Positions 49,000 through 62,487 of a stretch of 64,000 nucleotides of DNA are shown in pieces (the first letter of the stretch is position 1; every line of letters begins with the position of its first letter). Below the pieces are notes generated by a model. The model did not search any database. It saw only the letters and a program-made list of their open reading frames with translations, and had not been told where the DNA came from. The translations under genes and the position numbers were made by a program. Source of the stretch: the human T2T-CHM13v2.0 reference genome, Homo sapiens; NCBI RefSeq assembly GCF_009914755.1, contig NC_060926.1; one strand, written 5' to 3'.

Positions 49000-49410
49000 T
49001 AAAATGAATGCTGTTTCCTTCAAAGTAACCCTCCTTTGCAGATATAGTCTAACCAAGCCTCTATTGCCCTGCCCAGCATGGATCTGAAACTCTCCTCCGT
49101 AAATTCTCTAGAACTCTAGGACCGCCCCTTCTAAATGCCCAAAAGAATCCCAACTGACTGAGGGCAAAGATGCACCTTATTTCTGGCTCCCTTTCGCTTC
49201 ACCACTTGACTTCAAATGACTTCAGGCTGATTCCAGAAAGCTAATACACCCTCAAAGGACAATGCACCTTCATTTAGCTCACTCAGGAGAGAGGCCACAG
49301 TCTTGAGGGGAGGCACTCTCCAAGGCACAGCTCAAAAATTGTTTCAAGCAATGGAATCTTCACGTGAATGGGCACATGGCCTCCCACAGCAAGGATGCTC
49401 GTTAATGGGG
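49000..49410. mobile_element. MARNA-like ancient Tc1/mariner element
   Basis: ccttcaaagtaacc...; cttgacttcaaatgacttcaggctgattccagaaagctaatacaccctcaaaggac; aaaattgtttcaagcaatgg...ggcctccca. Confidence 0.55.
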
Positions 49411-50147
49411 AAGAATCACTGAAAATCCGAATTCAGATGTGTTTCAGAAAGCAGCTTCAAAGTGTGTGACTGATCTTCCTAGTCCTGGGAAGAGCAGAAT
49501 TGGCCCTTAGAACCGTTAAGAGTCAGATTGTGAAACAGAGAGTTCTTGTTCCCCATATGTTTCACTCTAAATGGAACATGAATCAGAGCTGGGAGAGGAG
49601 CTTCCAACTTCTGTCAATAATAAAAGCCTTCTTATGAGTCAAGTGCTTTGTAAATACTTTGATTGGTAGAGGAAAAAGGAATTGCATATTGAAAGAACTG
49701 TATTTCCATTAAAATGCATGTGTGTAAAGTAAAGAAGGGCAGGAAACATTGAGCCCAAGACTTTCTGAGTTTGAGTGAACCAACCTGCTGGAGTGGTTTC
49801 TGGCCATCACTTTGTGCTGCCATGTCTCAGCCTGTGCTAAGTCCAGAGGATCTGGGGTTCCGATATTTGCAAGAAAAAGCAAGGACAACAGGTTTGAAGT
49901 CAAGCAATGGGAGGGTCTCCCAGAGACCTGGAGCAGGGAGGATGAGTGCCTTAGCTGCTTCTGTCTATCCATCTTCCATCTGTCTGGCAATCAGGATATT
50001 TTCTGGGGCCCATTCAATGCTTCTCTGTTGGCTGGGGGCTCCCATCAGCTGCCAGGGGTTCCACCTGTTTTCAGTGGTCCATGTGCAGTACTCAGAGAAA
50101 TGCCTCCTGAGGGAATGAGTCCAGCGGGTGAGCGCCTTTTAAGAAAT

Positions 50148-50427
50148 GCGGTGGCTCACACCTGTAATCCAGCACTTTGGGAGGCCAAGGCAGGCAGATC
50201 ACCAGAGGTCAGGAGTTTCAAACCAGCCTGGTCAACATGGTGAAACCCCATCTCTACTAAAAATACAAAAAATAGCTGGGTGTGGTGGTGGGCACCTGTA
50301 ATCCCAGCTAATCAGGAGGCTGAGGTAGGAGAATCGCTTGAACCTGGGAGGCGGAGGCTGCAGTGACCCAAGATTGTGCCACTGCACTTCAGCCTGGGCG
50401 ACAGAGCGAGACTCCATTTCAAAAAAC
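50148..50427 (+). mobile_element. AluSx-type (first ~7 nt missing)
   Basis: Dimer with a degenerate TSD aagaaat/aaggagt. Confidence 0.9.
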
Positions 50428-50461
50428 AAGGAGTATGAAAATGCTTTCCAGCTCTTTGCAG

Positions 50462-50628
50462 TAGGGCCTGTCTCATGGGGTGCAGCCTGGAACTTGCGCA
50501 GGCCCCTACACAGAAGGACCTGTGCTTGGCCCAATGCTCTGCTCCTGCTGTCTTGTCATACTTAATACTTTTTTTAGCAAGAGGCCCTGAATGCCATTTG
50601 CATTAGGCAAATTCTATAGCTGATCCTG
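50462..50628 (+). mobile_element. MER91A-like hAT-Tip100 MITE
   Basis: tagggcctgtctcatggggtgc...cagaaggacctgtgcttgg..aatgctctgc...caaattctatagctgatcctg. Confidence 0.75.
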
Positions 50629-51741
50629 ATGAGGCTCTTCTGTATGGGGACCTGCACAACTGCAGGACTGCACCCTATGACGCAGGCCCTATTGCAAATG
50701 GCTGGAAAGCGTTTTTGTATTTCTTAAAGGGTGTTCACTCCCTGGATTCAGTCGCCCCCAAAATAACGTCTTGGGTGTCTTATTTAGGTGGCACCTGCTT
50801 GGTCTGAAAGAGCTCATGTGACTTCAGGAAATACTGAATTTGTTCTGAGAAAGCCTCTTGCCCTAAAAAAAAGTGTATGGGGGGAGTGCTCCTAGTCTGT
50901 CATAGTTAAAGTTCAAAGGTTATTTACAGTGTGTTGCATCCACTGTGGTGACTCCTGGCAGATCCTGAACTTAAGCAGACGTGTGTTACAGATCTTAATG
51001 AGTGTGTTGATGCCGATGGGAGTTGCCCTGGATCACACCAAGTGGGTGATGGGTGGGTGAGAGGAGAGACATTCTTTTTGTTAACCCCTCATTTCCACGG
51101 TCAGTCTCAGATGGTCATTACAAACCTCTTCTAAATCTGGACCTCAACAAGCCCCCCTCACACCAGGGACAAAGTAAGGGTCATGCGATGGCCTCTGAGC
51201 TGACCTTCGAGTTCAGAGTGGCCGTGTGCTGGTGCTGTGATCATTAAACTGACTGCTTTGCAAGGTCAGCACTCAAGGCTATAGATTTATATCTCTCTTT
51301 TATTCTAAAACTAGACTATGCCACAACCAGGTGACTGTGGTGCCTCACTCAGGTGGTCTGTCTTCTGCAGTTGAAGGCAGGTCTTTTTCCTCCATCCATT
51401 CAGATTGAATCCAGGGGGTCCTCCCTGGAAGACCTGTGTTCCACAGAAGACTCCCCTGGAGCTTCTCCTCTCTGCACCTCAGCTTTCTTGTGGGTGCAGC
51501 AGGCCACCCAGGCCCAGTCCCTGCTCACGACAATGACTTCAGCTTTCCAGGGTCTTTCTCATGCATTCCCAACCATTAGACTCCCCAGTCCTCTCTCTAT
51601 TTTTTCCCCTTATTTAGTAAATATTTATTGAAGATCCATTACTTGCACAAAAGACAGCAGGCCGCAGGGAAAGGGGTTTATAGTGGGAGATACGATGAAA
51701 AGATGATTAAGATTGCAAGTTCTCAAAAGTTTAGATGTTGA

Positions 51742-51965
51742 AGTATTATTTTCCAAAGTGAGTTACACAGGGTATTAATGGGTACCGCTCAAAGAAAGGG
51801 TTCTAGAGTGAATATGAAACATTGGCTTAAACAAAGTTAAACATTTTAAATTACTGCACAGCTTCTCAAAAGTTTTAATATGCTAATGTGTCATCTAACT
51901 TCCCAAAAGGAGAAACATAATATATTGGACTTCTTAAAAGTATTTATGACATTTTTTCTTGCATT
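51742..51965. mobile_element. MER103C-like hAT-Charlie element
   Basis: ggcttaaacaaagttaaac...ttactgcacagcttctc...tttaatatgctaatgtg. Confidence 0.65.
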
Positions 51966-52021
51966 GAACTAGTCCCAGATAGAAGACTTAGCCTTAAAGG
52001 GCAAAATAAAAAGATGAGTTC

Positions 52022-52450
52022 TTTTTCTTTTTAACTGACAAATAAAAATTGTATACATTTATGGCTTATAATATGATGTTTTGCAATATGTATACTTTGT
52101 AGGATGGCTAAACTGAGCTACTAACATGTGCATCACCTCCTATTTTTTTGTGTGGTGAGAACACTTAAAATCTACTCTCAGTGATTCTCAAAATACAATA
52201 CATTATTAACTATAGTCAGCATGTTGTACAATAGATCTCTTGAATTTATTCCTCCTGTCTAACTGAACTTCTGTATCCTTTCACCAATATCTCCCCAACC
52301 TTCCCCATACCCCTGACTCCAGCGCCTGCTATCACCACTCTACGTTCTACTTCTGAGTTTGACTTTTTATAATAGATTCCACATATGAATGAGATCATGC
52401 AGTATTTGTCTTCCGTGCCTGGCTCATTTCACTTAGCATAATGTCTTCAA
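52022..52450 (-). mobile_element. L1MA (L1MA8/9-like) 3' end
   Basis: tgacaaataaaaattgtatacatttatgg...gtgagaacacttaaaatctactctc...agattccacatatgaatgagatcatgcagtatttgtc. Confidence 0.85.
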
Positions 52451-52539
52451 ATGTCCTCAGGGTCTGCCCCTCTTTCTGCCTCTGTGGGGGCTCCAAGTGG
52501 GAATTCGTGGTTACTGTAATTGGCAGGGGGCGGAGATTT

Positions 52540-52700
52540 GGAGCTGGAACCTCTAGAGTCTGAGCTCTACCATGGAAAGGCCGTATAATGCTCAGCAAGT
52601 CATTTAACTCTTTGGTGTCTCTGTTTTCTCATTGATAAATGCAAAGATAATAGTGCACCTTCACTGAGCTTCACTGGGTTAGCCAGGTAAAAAGCCTTAT
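52540..52700 (+). mobile_element. MIR
   Basis: gcaagtcatttaactctttggtgtctctgttttctcatt. Confidence 0.6.
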
Positions 52701-52820
52701 GGGGCAATGCCTGGCTCTGGCAGGCTTGAATGCTGGCCGCTGGCTCTGGTTCTCCCATGTGGAAACAAAGCCTACGTCTCACACCCAGCAGCAGGAGCAG
52801 CGGGGTCTCGGCCCAGCCAG

Positions 52821-53490
52821 TGTGTCCTGAGTGGCACAGGGTCAGACATAACCAGGTCCATGAACATTTGTGTCTTTGTATAAGGTCAGACTTTTATTGA
52901 TGCAATTTCAATCATAAAAGCCACTAGCTGCATGGAGTTCCCAAGGAGGTGATTTTCTTTAGTGCTACCTGTTTACTTGGTAGTTAAAGCCTCAGGCGCA
53001 CTTTACAAATCAGTCAGTATTGCAAACAAGACATAGTAGTACACTTAATCAATATACAATTGCTATAGATTAAACCTTCTACATCAGTAAACATTCATAA
53101 AGTAATATTTAACATTAAGAGAAAGGGGGATAGGATAAACGGGTTAATGAACCAGTCCAAGAGGGTAACATGAACAAGGAGAATGTCCTGGTCTGATCTG
53201 GATGGACATCAACATTTTGTAAGAAAGAGACTATCGTGGCAGATGCTGGGTGCTGGTCATGAGTAACAGCAGGATGGGGTCTATGAAGACGGCCATCTGG
53301 AGCTGGTGAATTCTTCCTCTTTTTATAGCCCCCGAGTCCTCTGGTGAGGACTGATAAAGTGAACCTTATCTGATTGGGTATAGTCACTGTTGATTAGACA
53401 AACATCTGGCTCCTGTTGGCATGATGTCTTTTAAAAATGTAAGATGGAGTCTTTTTCTAAGATGGAGTCACTTAGGTCAAAGGTCCTGTG
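52821..53490 (-). mobile_element. ERV1 solo LTR (MER67-like)
   Basis: Ends aaaatgtaagatggagtctttttctaagatggagt. Minus-strand poly(A) signal ttttatt at ~52893. Confidence 0.65.
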
Positions 53491-54980
53491 TCCACAGGGG
53501 CTGCCCACATTTCACCACAAGTTGCCATGAGACTGCCCAGGAGGACCCGAATGCCTGGAGTGCTCCAGCCATGCTCATGCCACGGCTTTTGTCCCTCTGC
53601 CTGTCTTTGGACACCTCTGGTGTGGAGTTGGAGATGAGGAGGAGAGGCTTGCATTCCTATCAGCAGTGTGGAATGAGCAGAGGTGCGGGTAGACTGAAGC
53701 TCTGTGTTTAACCTCTGTTTACAGAATATGGACGCTGAGAGAGAGTCTGGGGTACTTAAGGAAAGGCTTGATTGGATTGCAGAAAACAGTTTCTGAAACA
53801 GACTATTTCTGAAGACTCAAATTTTAATTCTTTTGAATTTATACAGCAACTCATCTCACAAATAATTATTAAATGATAATAACAATAATAATGATACTCT
53901 TCCTCCTCCTATTATCACCAAATAGCATTTACTGGGTGTTGGCAAAATGCTGGGCATTGGTCAGGAATGCTGGACTTGTATTTCCACTTGACCCTTCAAA
54001 AATCCTTGTGATCAATAAATTACTATGTTATATAATTAAAATATTAAAATTATTGGAAATTTTATTTAATAATAGCAATAATATATTAGTGTAAATACTT
54101 TTCTGAATAATGAAATATACAATAATATATTATGCACAAACACAAATGTGTTAAGTAAACACATCAGAGCTTGTTGCCAGCCATGATATAATGTGTATTA
54201 TCATATGCTATACCGACATCCCCATTTGACATTGGAGGATATGAGCTCTGGGTTGCTAAGTGACATTTCCCAGGTTACAGCTCTCTGGAGGAGGCAGCTG
54301 GACTCCAGGACCCCGTGTTTCCTGAGACCTCCATAGCCTGCCTCCCGCTTTGCTGTGCTGCTTCTATGAGAAGATAAAGTAATTTAATAGCAGCTGTCGA
54401 TATGCAGGGCCACCTCTCAAGTGCTTGAAAATAGTTCTCTTAAGCGGGAAATACTTTTTTTTTTTCCCAAAATAATTTATTATGTTTCAAAAGTATTTCC
54501 TCTAATTGCAGGGAATCCAAATCAAGCGCTTGCATTTCTTATAAACAAACACCTCTGTATACTTTCCCCTGACCATGGCTGACTTCAAAACCAGGCCGGC
54601 CTGCACCAGAGCCTCAGAGCCAGAGACCGCCCCAGGCAGAACCACAGACTATGCAGGGCACCTCTGTTCACCTCTGCACCCATCTCCCTGAAGTGCCGGG
54701 CTTGGCTTCCCGGCAACATCCTTCATTTCAACAGCTAAATACGCGGTCAACAATGGGTTGGTGAAAATGGGGGCGCCCAGGAGCCATTCCATGCCTTCAG
54801 ATGGGGTCCGGGCTCACTGTGCAATGCATCATTTCACACAGGTTAAAAGGAAAAGCAGTTGCCAGTGCCTGTTGTTCATTTAAGGAGATTAAAATGATAG
54901 AAAAAGAGGATTTTGCATTTAGACAGTGAGCAGTGGAATTTAAAAAGCAGTGCCAGAAATCATTTAGTATGTGTTACATT

Positions 54981-55284
54981 CTATTCTTTTTTTTTTTTTT
55001 CCAGACAGAGTCTCACTCTGTCATCCAGGCTGGAGTGCAGTGGCATCATCTTGGCTCACTGCAACCTCTGCCTCCCTCAAGTTCAAGTGATTCTCCTGCC
55101 TAAGCCTCCCGAGTAGCTGGGATTACAGGCACCCGTCACCAAGCCCAGCTAATTTTTGTATTTTTACTAGAGACGAGGTTTCGCCGTTTGGCCAGGCTGG
55201 TCTTGAACTCCTGACCTCAGGTGATCCGCCTGCCTCGGCCTCCCAAAGTGCTGGGATTATAGGCGTGAGCCACTGTGCCTGGCC
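54981..55284 (-). mobile_element. AluSx-type
   Basis: Perfect 17-bp TSD TTAGTATGTGTTACATT at 54964-54980 and 55285-55301. Confidence 0.94.
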
Positions 55285-56249
55285 TTAGTATGTGTTACAT
55301 TAAAAAAATCACTCCATAAAGATGTACAATTATTATGTATTAATAAAAAATGAAAATAAAAAGACCGTGTAAACTGCCACGTATTCCCACTGGAGAGCTG
55401 GTGAGTCTCTCCGTGGATCGTACCATTACCACAAGAGTCCTCTGGCCCACGCACACCCTGCTCTGCCCATCAGCAGTGCTCCCCCTCCTCTCCGCCATTG
55501 GCTTCTCATATCCTCCTGGGCTGATGTGCCCATGCTGTGTACTCAACACTGCCTCTGGCTGGTGCAAGCCTGGAAGGGAGGTAGACGGTATGGATGGCTA
55601 AGCAGGCGAGCTGGGCTGGCTGTGGCCTCGGCTGTCTATCACGCTGCTACCCAGCCTCGGATTCAGGTCGAACTTGCCTGCACTTTCTGAACACCTAGAA
55701 AGATGCAGCCCGGGCCCAGACAGTTCACTTCTCACTCAGCAAATGGGAAAAAAAAATGGAGAAGGCGCTGCGTCCTTTGAGGCTCCTGCCCTCCAGCCAC
55801 CTTATCTACTGTGTCTCTCTGGGCTCAAATGGCGCTTTCCTCCAGGGCTCTCTTGGCGTCTCATCCCTCTACCTCCACAGGGTGTGGTACCTTCCTTTGT
55901 TCCTGTGGTTCCCACTGCACAGCTGGATCTCTGTTCTCACTGCCTGAAATTAACATTCCTGTTCCCGTTTCTCTTGCCTTCCTGACTTCCAGGAGGTGGT
56001 GGCAGTTACTCAGCTCTGCTTCCACACCCTCGCCATGTCTTCCTCAATAGACTCAACCCTTTGTCCTGCTAGTTGCTAGTACTCAGGTCACAGGCAGTGG
56101 AACTCGTCTTCGGCATTTAGTAAGAGATGGCCTTTCTGACTTTGTGCCCCAGCCACGGTGCAGTCTTCTGGATCTTTCCCAGCAGCGTCGACACCGTGAG
56201 TGCTGCCTGTGCACGCATTCGTTGCATTCTTGCTCCAGATGGCAGTCTG

Positions 56250-56597
56250 ACCAGCACGACTCAACTCCCCTCCCCTCCTGTCCCTTTCTAGTAAAATTGC
56301 CTGTATGTTACCCCAACCTCTGCTGACTCACAGGTGACTGCTGTCCTGATTTTTAACCCCGCAGAATAATTTTGTCTGTTTTTGAGATTCACATAAATGG
56401 AATTGTATAGTACACACTATTTGGTGCCTAGTGGCTTGAATTTAGTACAGTGTTTTAGAAACACATCCCTGCTGTTTTGTCTGTCAGTAGTTTATTTGTT
56501 TGCTGGGTGATGTTCCATTGTATAATTATCCTATAATTTCTTTATTCATTCTCCTGTTGTTGTGCCCTTGTTTATTTCCAGTTTTTGGCTACTGTGG
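56250..56597 (-). mobile_element. Old L1ME-type 3' fragment
   Basis: ttttgtctgtttttgagattcacataaatggaatt...tttattcattctcctgttg...tttccagtttttggctactgtg. Confidence 0.65.
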
Positions 56598-57059
56598 GAG
56601 ACAGCATGTGTAGCAGTGGCGCTAGCTAGGCTTGGACATTAGTCTCTCTCCAGAACTTGGGACAGGCCATTAAGGACAGGACTGGTGAATGTGACCCAGA
56701 GCTTGCTGACCCTCAGCTGCCTGGGACAGCAGTGGCAGTCTGACCCTGGGGGAGTCAGAGGAGGGCCACGTGGTGACCGTTACACCCCAGGAGATACGGA
56801 CTCAATGAGCAAACCCCTGTGGACAGGGGTCAAGGAATCTCCCTCCTAAGGAAATACAGGGTTTTGTGATTTTCTTTGGTTCAATGTCAAGAGAATCAAG
56901 TTGTGGGAAATGCTGGAACCCTCCTCAACTCAGTGCACTGAGTCCCTGAATGCTCACTAAAGGAGACAGGAAAGGTGGAGTGCAGGCCTGCACAGCAGCT
57001 ACTGGGCTCTGGATCAGGGAGGGCATCGTACAATATCCAAGGAGAGAGCAACGGAAGGA

Positions 57060-57200
57060 AACACCAGTTAATTCATTTAAATCTCACAATAACATGTCAT
57101 CTCTATTTCATAGATTTGAAAGCTGAGGTTCAGATATGTTAAATAATTTGTCCAGGGGTAGCAGCTAGTGTCAGAGCCGCTTCTTAATAACTGGCCACAG
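57060..57200 (-). mobile_element. MIR fragment
   Basis: tcatttaaatctcacaataac...agctgaggttcagatatgttaaataatttgtcca. Confidence 0.6.
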
Positions 57201-57239
57201 AACTAGATAATTCTCCAAAGATAAAATGCAAACTAAGTG

Positions 57240-58525
57240 ACTAGTAGAAAACATTGATTATATATTAGTTTTATGCCAAATGCTATTCTTGCCAGGGTAT
57301 TACAGTTAAAAAGACAGACAGAAATTCTTGCCTTGATGGTGCCCCAGGATGAGATGAATGATGAACAAAGTGAACACATAGAGTATTCTAGAAGGTGGTC
57401 TATGGAGAAAAATAAAACAGAGAAGAAACAGGGGTTGTGGTTTCAGGGGTATTTGCAAGAGTAAATATCTTGACCAGGAAAAGCCTATGAGAAAGTGGCA
57501 TTTGAGGACAGACTTGAAAGAGATGAGAGCATGACCCTGGGGTGGGATTGAGCATTAAAGGTGAGGAAATGGCCGTGCAAAGGCCCTGTGACAGCAGTGT
57601 GCCAAGGCTGAGAAAATGCAGAGAGGGCAGGGTGACTTAAGTGACTGAGTGAGGGGGAGTCATAGGAGCTGGCGTCAGAGGGGGGTTTCTGGGGATGAGC
57701 TCAGGTGGACCTCACAGGCCATGGTGAGGAATGACTCTTTGCTGAGTAAGGTGGGAAACCATGGAGGGTTTGGAACAGGGGAGTCACATGCCCTGAGTTG
57801 CGTTTAACAGGATCGCTCTGGCTGCCCAGTTGACAACAGATAATTGTGGGACAGAAACATGAAGACCCTTAGGACATTATTGCAATAATTCAAGCAATAA
57901 TTCAGATGGTGACTTTGACCAGAGTGGCTGTTCCACACGTGGTGAAAAGTGGTCACAATAAGGTTCAATTGGGAAAGTGGGACCCAAAGATTTGCTCACG
58001 GATAGGATGAGGGATGTGAAAGAATTGATTCTGACTCCAAGGATGGTGACATTGCTATTCACCGAGGTGGGGCAGGTGACAGGAAAGCAGCTTTGCAGGG
58101 AAGAACAGGAACTCATTTTTGGATACTTCACACTGGGAAATGCCAAGGAAAGCTGTTAGACAGCTGGATATCTGCATGTGGAGTTGAGGGAGGGGTCCAG
58201 CTCGGAAATATAAGCATGGGCGTCATCAGCGTACAGACTGTATTTCAAACATGAGAGTGGATGGGGTTATCTAGGGAGTGCCTCTGACATTCTGAGGTTG
58301 GGCTAGACCCAGGGGAGGAGACAGTAGAGGGGCATCCAGTGAGGGGAGAGGAAAGCAGGAAAGCAGCGGTGGACTGGAGGGGGTGTCTGGCTGTGTCACA
58401 GCAGCTCTTAGGTCAGGTGATCTGGGGGCTTGGCAATTTGGAGCTCATTTGAGGGAGATTTTGCAGCAAAAGCCTGAGTGGGTTGGGTTCAAGAGAATTG
58501 GGGACTGTGGACACAGACAACTGCA
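57240..58525 (-). mobile_element. L2 LINE (about 1.3 kb)
   Basis: gtgcaaaggccctgtg; gatcgctctggctgc; cagctggatatctgcatgtggagtt; ggcgtcatcagc (antisense YADD region). Confidence 0.75.
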
Positions 58526-58566
58526 AAGGGTTGGGTGGAGAGGATGTAGGCCAAAAGAGGCTCTGT

Positions 58567-58795
58567 CCAGCCTGACCAACATGGAGAAACCCCATCTCTA
58601 CTAAAAATACAAAATTAGCCGGGAGTGGATGTGCATGCATGTAATCCCAGCTACTCAGGTGGCTGAGGCAGGAGAATCTTTTGAACCCGGGGGTGCGGAG
58701 GTTGCAGTGAGCCGAGATTGTGCCATTGCACTCCAGCCTGGGCAACAAGAACGAAACTCCGTCTCAAAAAAAAAAAAAAAAAAAAAAAGGGAAAG
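58567..58795 (+). mobile_element. 5'-truncated AluSp
   Basis: Starts at ccagcctgaccaacatggagaaac. TSD AAAAGAGGCT at 58553-58562 and 58796-58805. Confidence 0.9.
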
Positions 58796-58974
58796 AAAAG
58801 AGGCTTCTTCTAACTCTTTTTCATGGCAGATTTCAAACATATACAAACACAGGATGAAAGAACAAAATGCTTGTGTCTCCACCACCCACTTCAACAATGA
58901 TCTTGACCAATCCTGCTCCATCTATACCATTCCTTCCCTTGCAAACCCCAAACATGTATATTAAATTAATTGAT

Positions 58975-59945
<971 letters not shown>

Positions 59946-60088
59946 GCAATGTCCACAACTAGGGCATGGCATGGATGGAGTGGCCCATGCAGAGTAGGGA
60001 GGGGCAAGGCACGTTCAAGAGCTGAGAGGCCATTATAGGAAAGATCATCTTGTGACTATTAAAGTGGCCAAGGTACTAAATCTGTTTG

Positions 60089-60380
60089 TCCTTCCTTCCT
60101 TCCTTCCTTCCTTCGTCCTTCCTTCTTTCCTTCCCTCCCTCCTTCCCTCCTTCCTTTCTTCCCTCCTTCCCTCCTTCCTCCCTCCCTTCCTTCCCTCCCT
60201 CCCTCCTTCCCTCCTTCCTTCATTCCTTCCCTCCCTTCCTTTCTTTCCTCCCTCCTTCCCTCCCTCCATTCTTCCCTCCTTCCCTCCCTCCCTCCCTCTC
60301 TCCTTCCCTCCCTCCCTCCCTTCCTTCCTTCCCTCCTTCCTATCTCCTTCCCTCCCTCCTTCTTTCCTTCCTTCCTTTCT
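60089..60380. repeat. (CCTT)n/(CCCT)n polypyrimidine tract
   Basis: Seen directly. Confidence 0.96.
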
Positions 60381-60397
60381 GAAAGTTGGGAAAATAA

Positions 60398-61060
60398 AGA
60401 ACTAAATTCCATGCATGATCCTAGATTGGATCCTGAATTGGGGGTGAGGTCCTATAAAAGATATTATTAGAACAATTTGATGAAATTTAAATTTGTACAG
60501 TATATTAAATAATAATACATAAATAATAAATTTCCTGAATTGGGCCAGGTGTGGTCGCTCATGCCTGTAATCTCAGCACTTTGGGAAGCTGAGGCAAGTG
60601 GATCACTTGAGGCCAGGAGTTTGAGACCAGGCTGGCCAACATGGTGAACCCCATCTCTACTAAAAATACAACAATTAGCCAGGCATGGTGGCGGGTGCCT
60701 GTAATCCCAGCTATTTGGGAGGCTGAGGCACTAAGAATTGCTTGAACCCAGGAGACAGAGGTTGCAGTGAGCAGAGATCATGCCACTGCACTCCAGCCTG
60801 AATGACAGAGTGAGACTCCGTCTCAAAAATAAAAAAAAAAACCATAAAAATGAATAAATTTTCCGAATTTGATCAGTGTATTGTGATTATATAAGCGAAT
60901 TCCTTGTTCTTAGGAAGTACATATGCTGAAGTATTGAGATGCAAAGGGTCAATTTACTCTCAAATGGTTCAACGACATAAAGAGAGAAAAAAGAAAAAAG
61001 AGAAAGAGCACAAATGTGATAAAATGTGAACAAAGAATGAATCATTGTTGTACTATAATT
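60398..61060 (+). mobile_element. L1MC-type 3' fragment, interrupted by Alu
   Basis: tgatcctagattggatcctgaa...ttgttctaggaa...gctgaagtatt...ttactctcaaatggttca. Confidence 0.7.
60543..60850 (+). mobile_element. AluSz/Sx
   Basis: Dimer with the near-TSD aataaatttcctgaatt / aataaattttccgaatt. Confidence 0.92.
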
Positions 61061-61789
61061 CCCGGGATCCCAGGAATATGTACTCACTAGGACAGTCATT
61101 TGTCACGTTGCTTAGGAAGCAGGTTTGGAGTCTTGTGTGGGGAATTCGTCGACACCACCAGTCCCGAGTTTATGTGCAGTGGAAAATGGAGCAGTGTGGT
61201 CAGCAGTAGGAGAGCCAGCTTCCACCCTCCACCTGCTGTTCCACGTGGTGGGTCTGCACAGCCTGGCTTGTGAGCAAATCCATTTTTCCTTCTCTTTGGG
61301 ACCAACATGGGCTTAGAGATGACATAGCCTTGGGCATCCAATAAATTCAAATTTGAGAATCTCAATGATTCAAAATTGCTGCTGTCAATTAATACATGAT
61401 GAATTCATGTTGTTTTGAAAAAAGAATGATTGAGGTGACCAACAGAAGACTTCAATGTTTGTCCCCAAGTAGGTAGGCCACCCCAGATTTCCAACCCTGG
61501 GTGCATTGCATTGGCAATCTAAATCCCAAGGACTGTGAACTCTGTGGTCATTCTGCAGTTTCCTCTGAGAGTATTCATGGGTTGGGGAATCTCCTGCTGA
61601 AAAGGATATTGGGTAAAATTGCTTTATGTGAGCACTAGTAAACATTTAGCATATATTACCAAGAAAAGCAACACTGTAAGCCCAGGAAGCTTAGAGCTTC
61701 TCAAACAGAAGGGGATGATGGAGAAAAAAGGTGAAAAGTCTGGCAGGCAGGATGAAGGTCAATCAAAAAAGGGCAGCTGGCCACAGGGA

Positions 61790-62487
61790 AATATCATTTC
61801 ACCCCTACTAGCGTGACTGAAAAAAATGTATGTTGGTGAGGATATAGAGACATTGCTGATGTCATTTTAAAATGGCATAGCTACTTTGGAAAACAGTCTA
61901 GCAATTCCTTGAAAAGTTAAATGTAGAGTTTCCATATGACCCAGCAATTCCACTCCTAGGTATATACTCAAGTGAAATAAAAACACATGCCCCCGCAAAA
62001 ACAAAACTTGTACACGAATGTTCATTGCAGCATTTTTCATGATAGCCCAAAGTGGAAACAACCCAAGTGTCTACAAACTGATGAACGAATAAATAAAATG
62101 CGGCATATTCATACCAAGAACTATCCTTTGGCAAGACAAAGAAATGAAATACTGATAAATGGGACAATTGGGGTAAGCTTTGAAAATGTGCTGAGTGAAA
62201 AAAAGCCAGACACAAAAGGCCACATATTGTATGACTCTGTTTATCTGAAACATCCAGAACAGGGAAATCTGTAGAGACAGAAAGTAGATTAGTTGTGGCA
62301 GGGCTAGAAGGAGAGGGATTTAGGGAGTGATGACTTATGGGTGTGGTGTTTTCTTTTTGGGGTGGTGAAAATGTTCTGAAATTAGATAGTAGTGATGGTT
62401 GTACAACTCTGTGAATATACTGAAACTAACTGAATTGTACGTTCTAGAAGGATGAATTTTATGGCATATGCATGGCACCTAAAAAAA
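61790..62487 (+). mobile_element. L1MB/ME-type ORF2 end and 3'UTR
   Basis: ccatatgacccagcaattccactcctaggtatatac; aaaatgttctgaaattagatagtagtgatggttgtacaactctgtgaatatact. Confidence 0.85.

Larger units (their letters stand above)
50116..50750. repeat. Inverted repeat, arms 50116-50147 + 50428-50521 versus 50632-50750
   Basis: Manual alignment of the reverse complement gives ~72/94 identity after the Alu, and similarity continues before the Alu. Confidence 0.85.

Noticed and set aside
60045-60412. Low-complexity ORFs
   Set aside because: Translations of the (CCTT)n tract.
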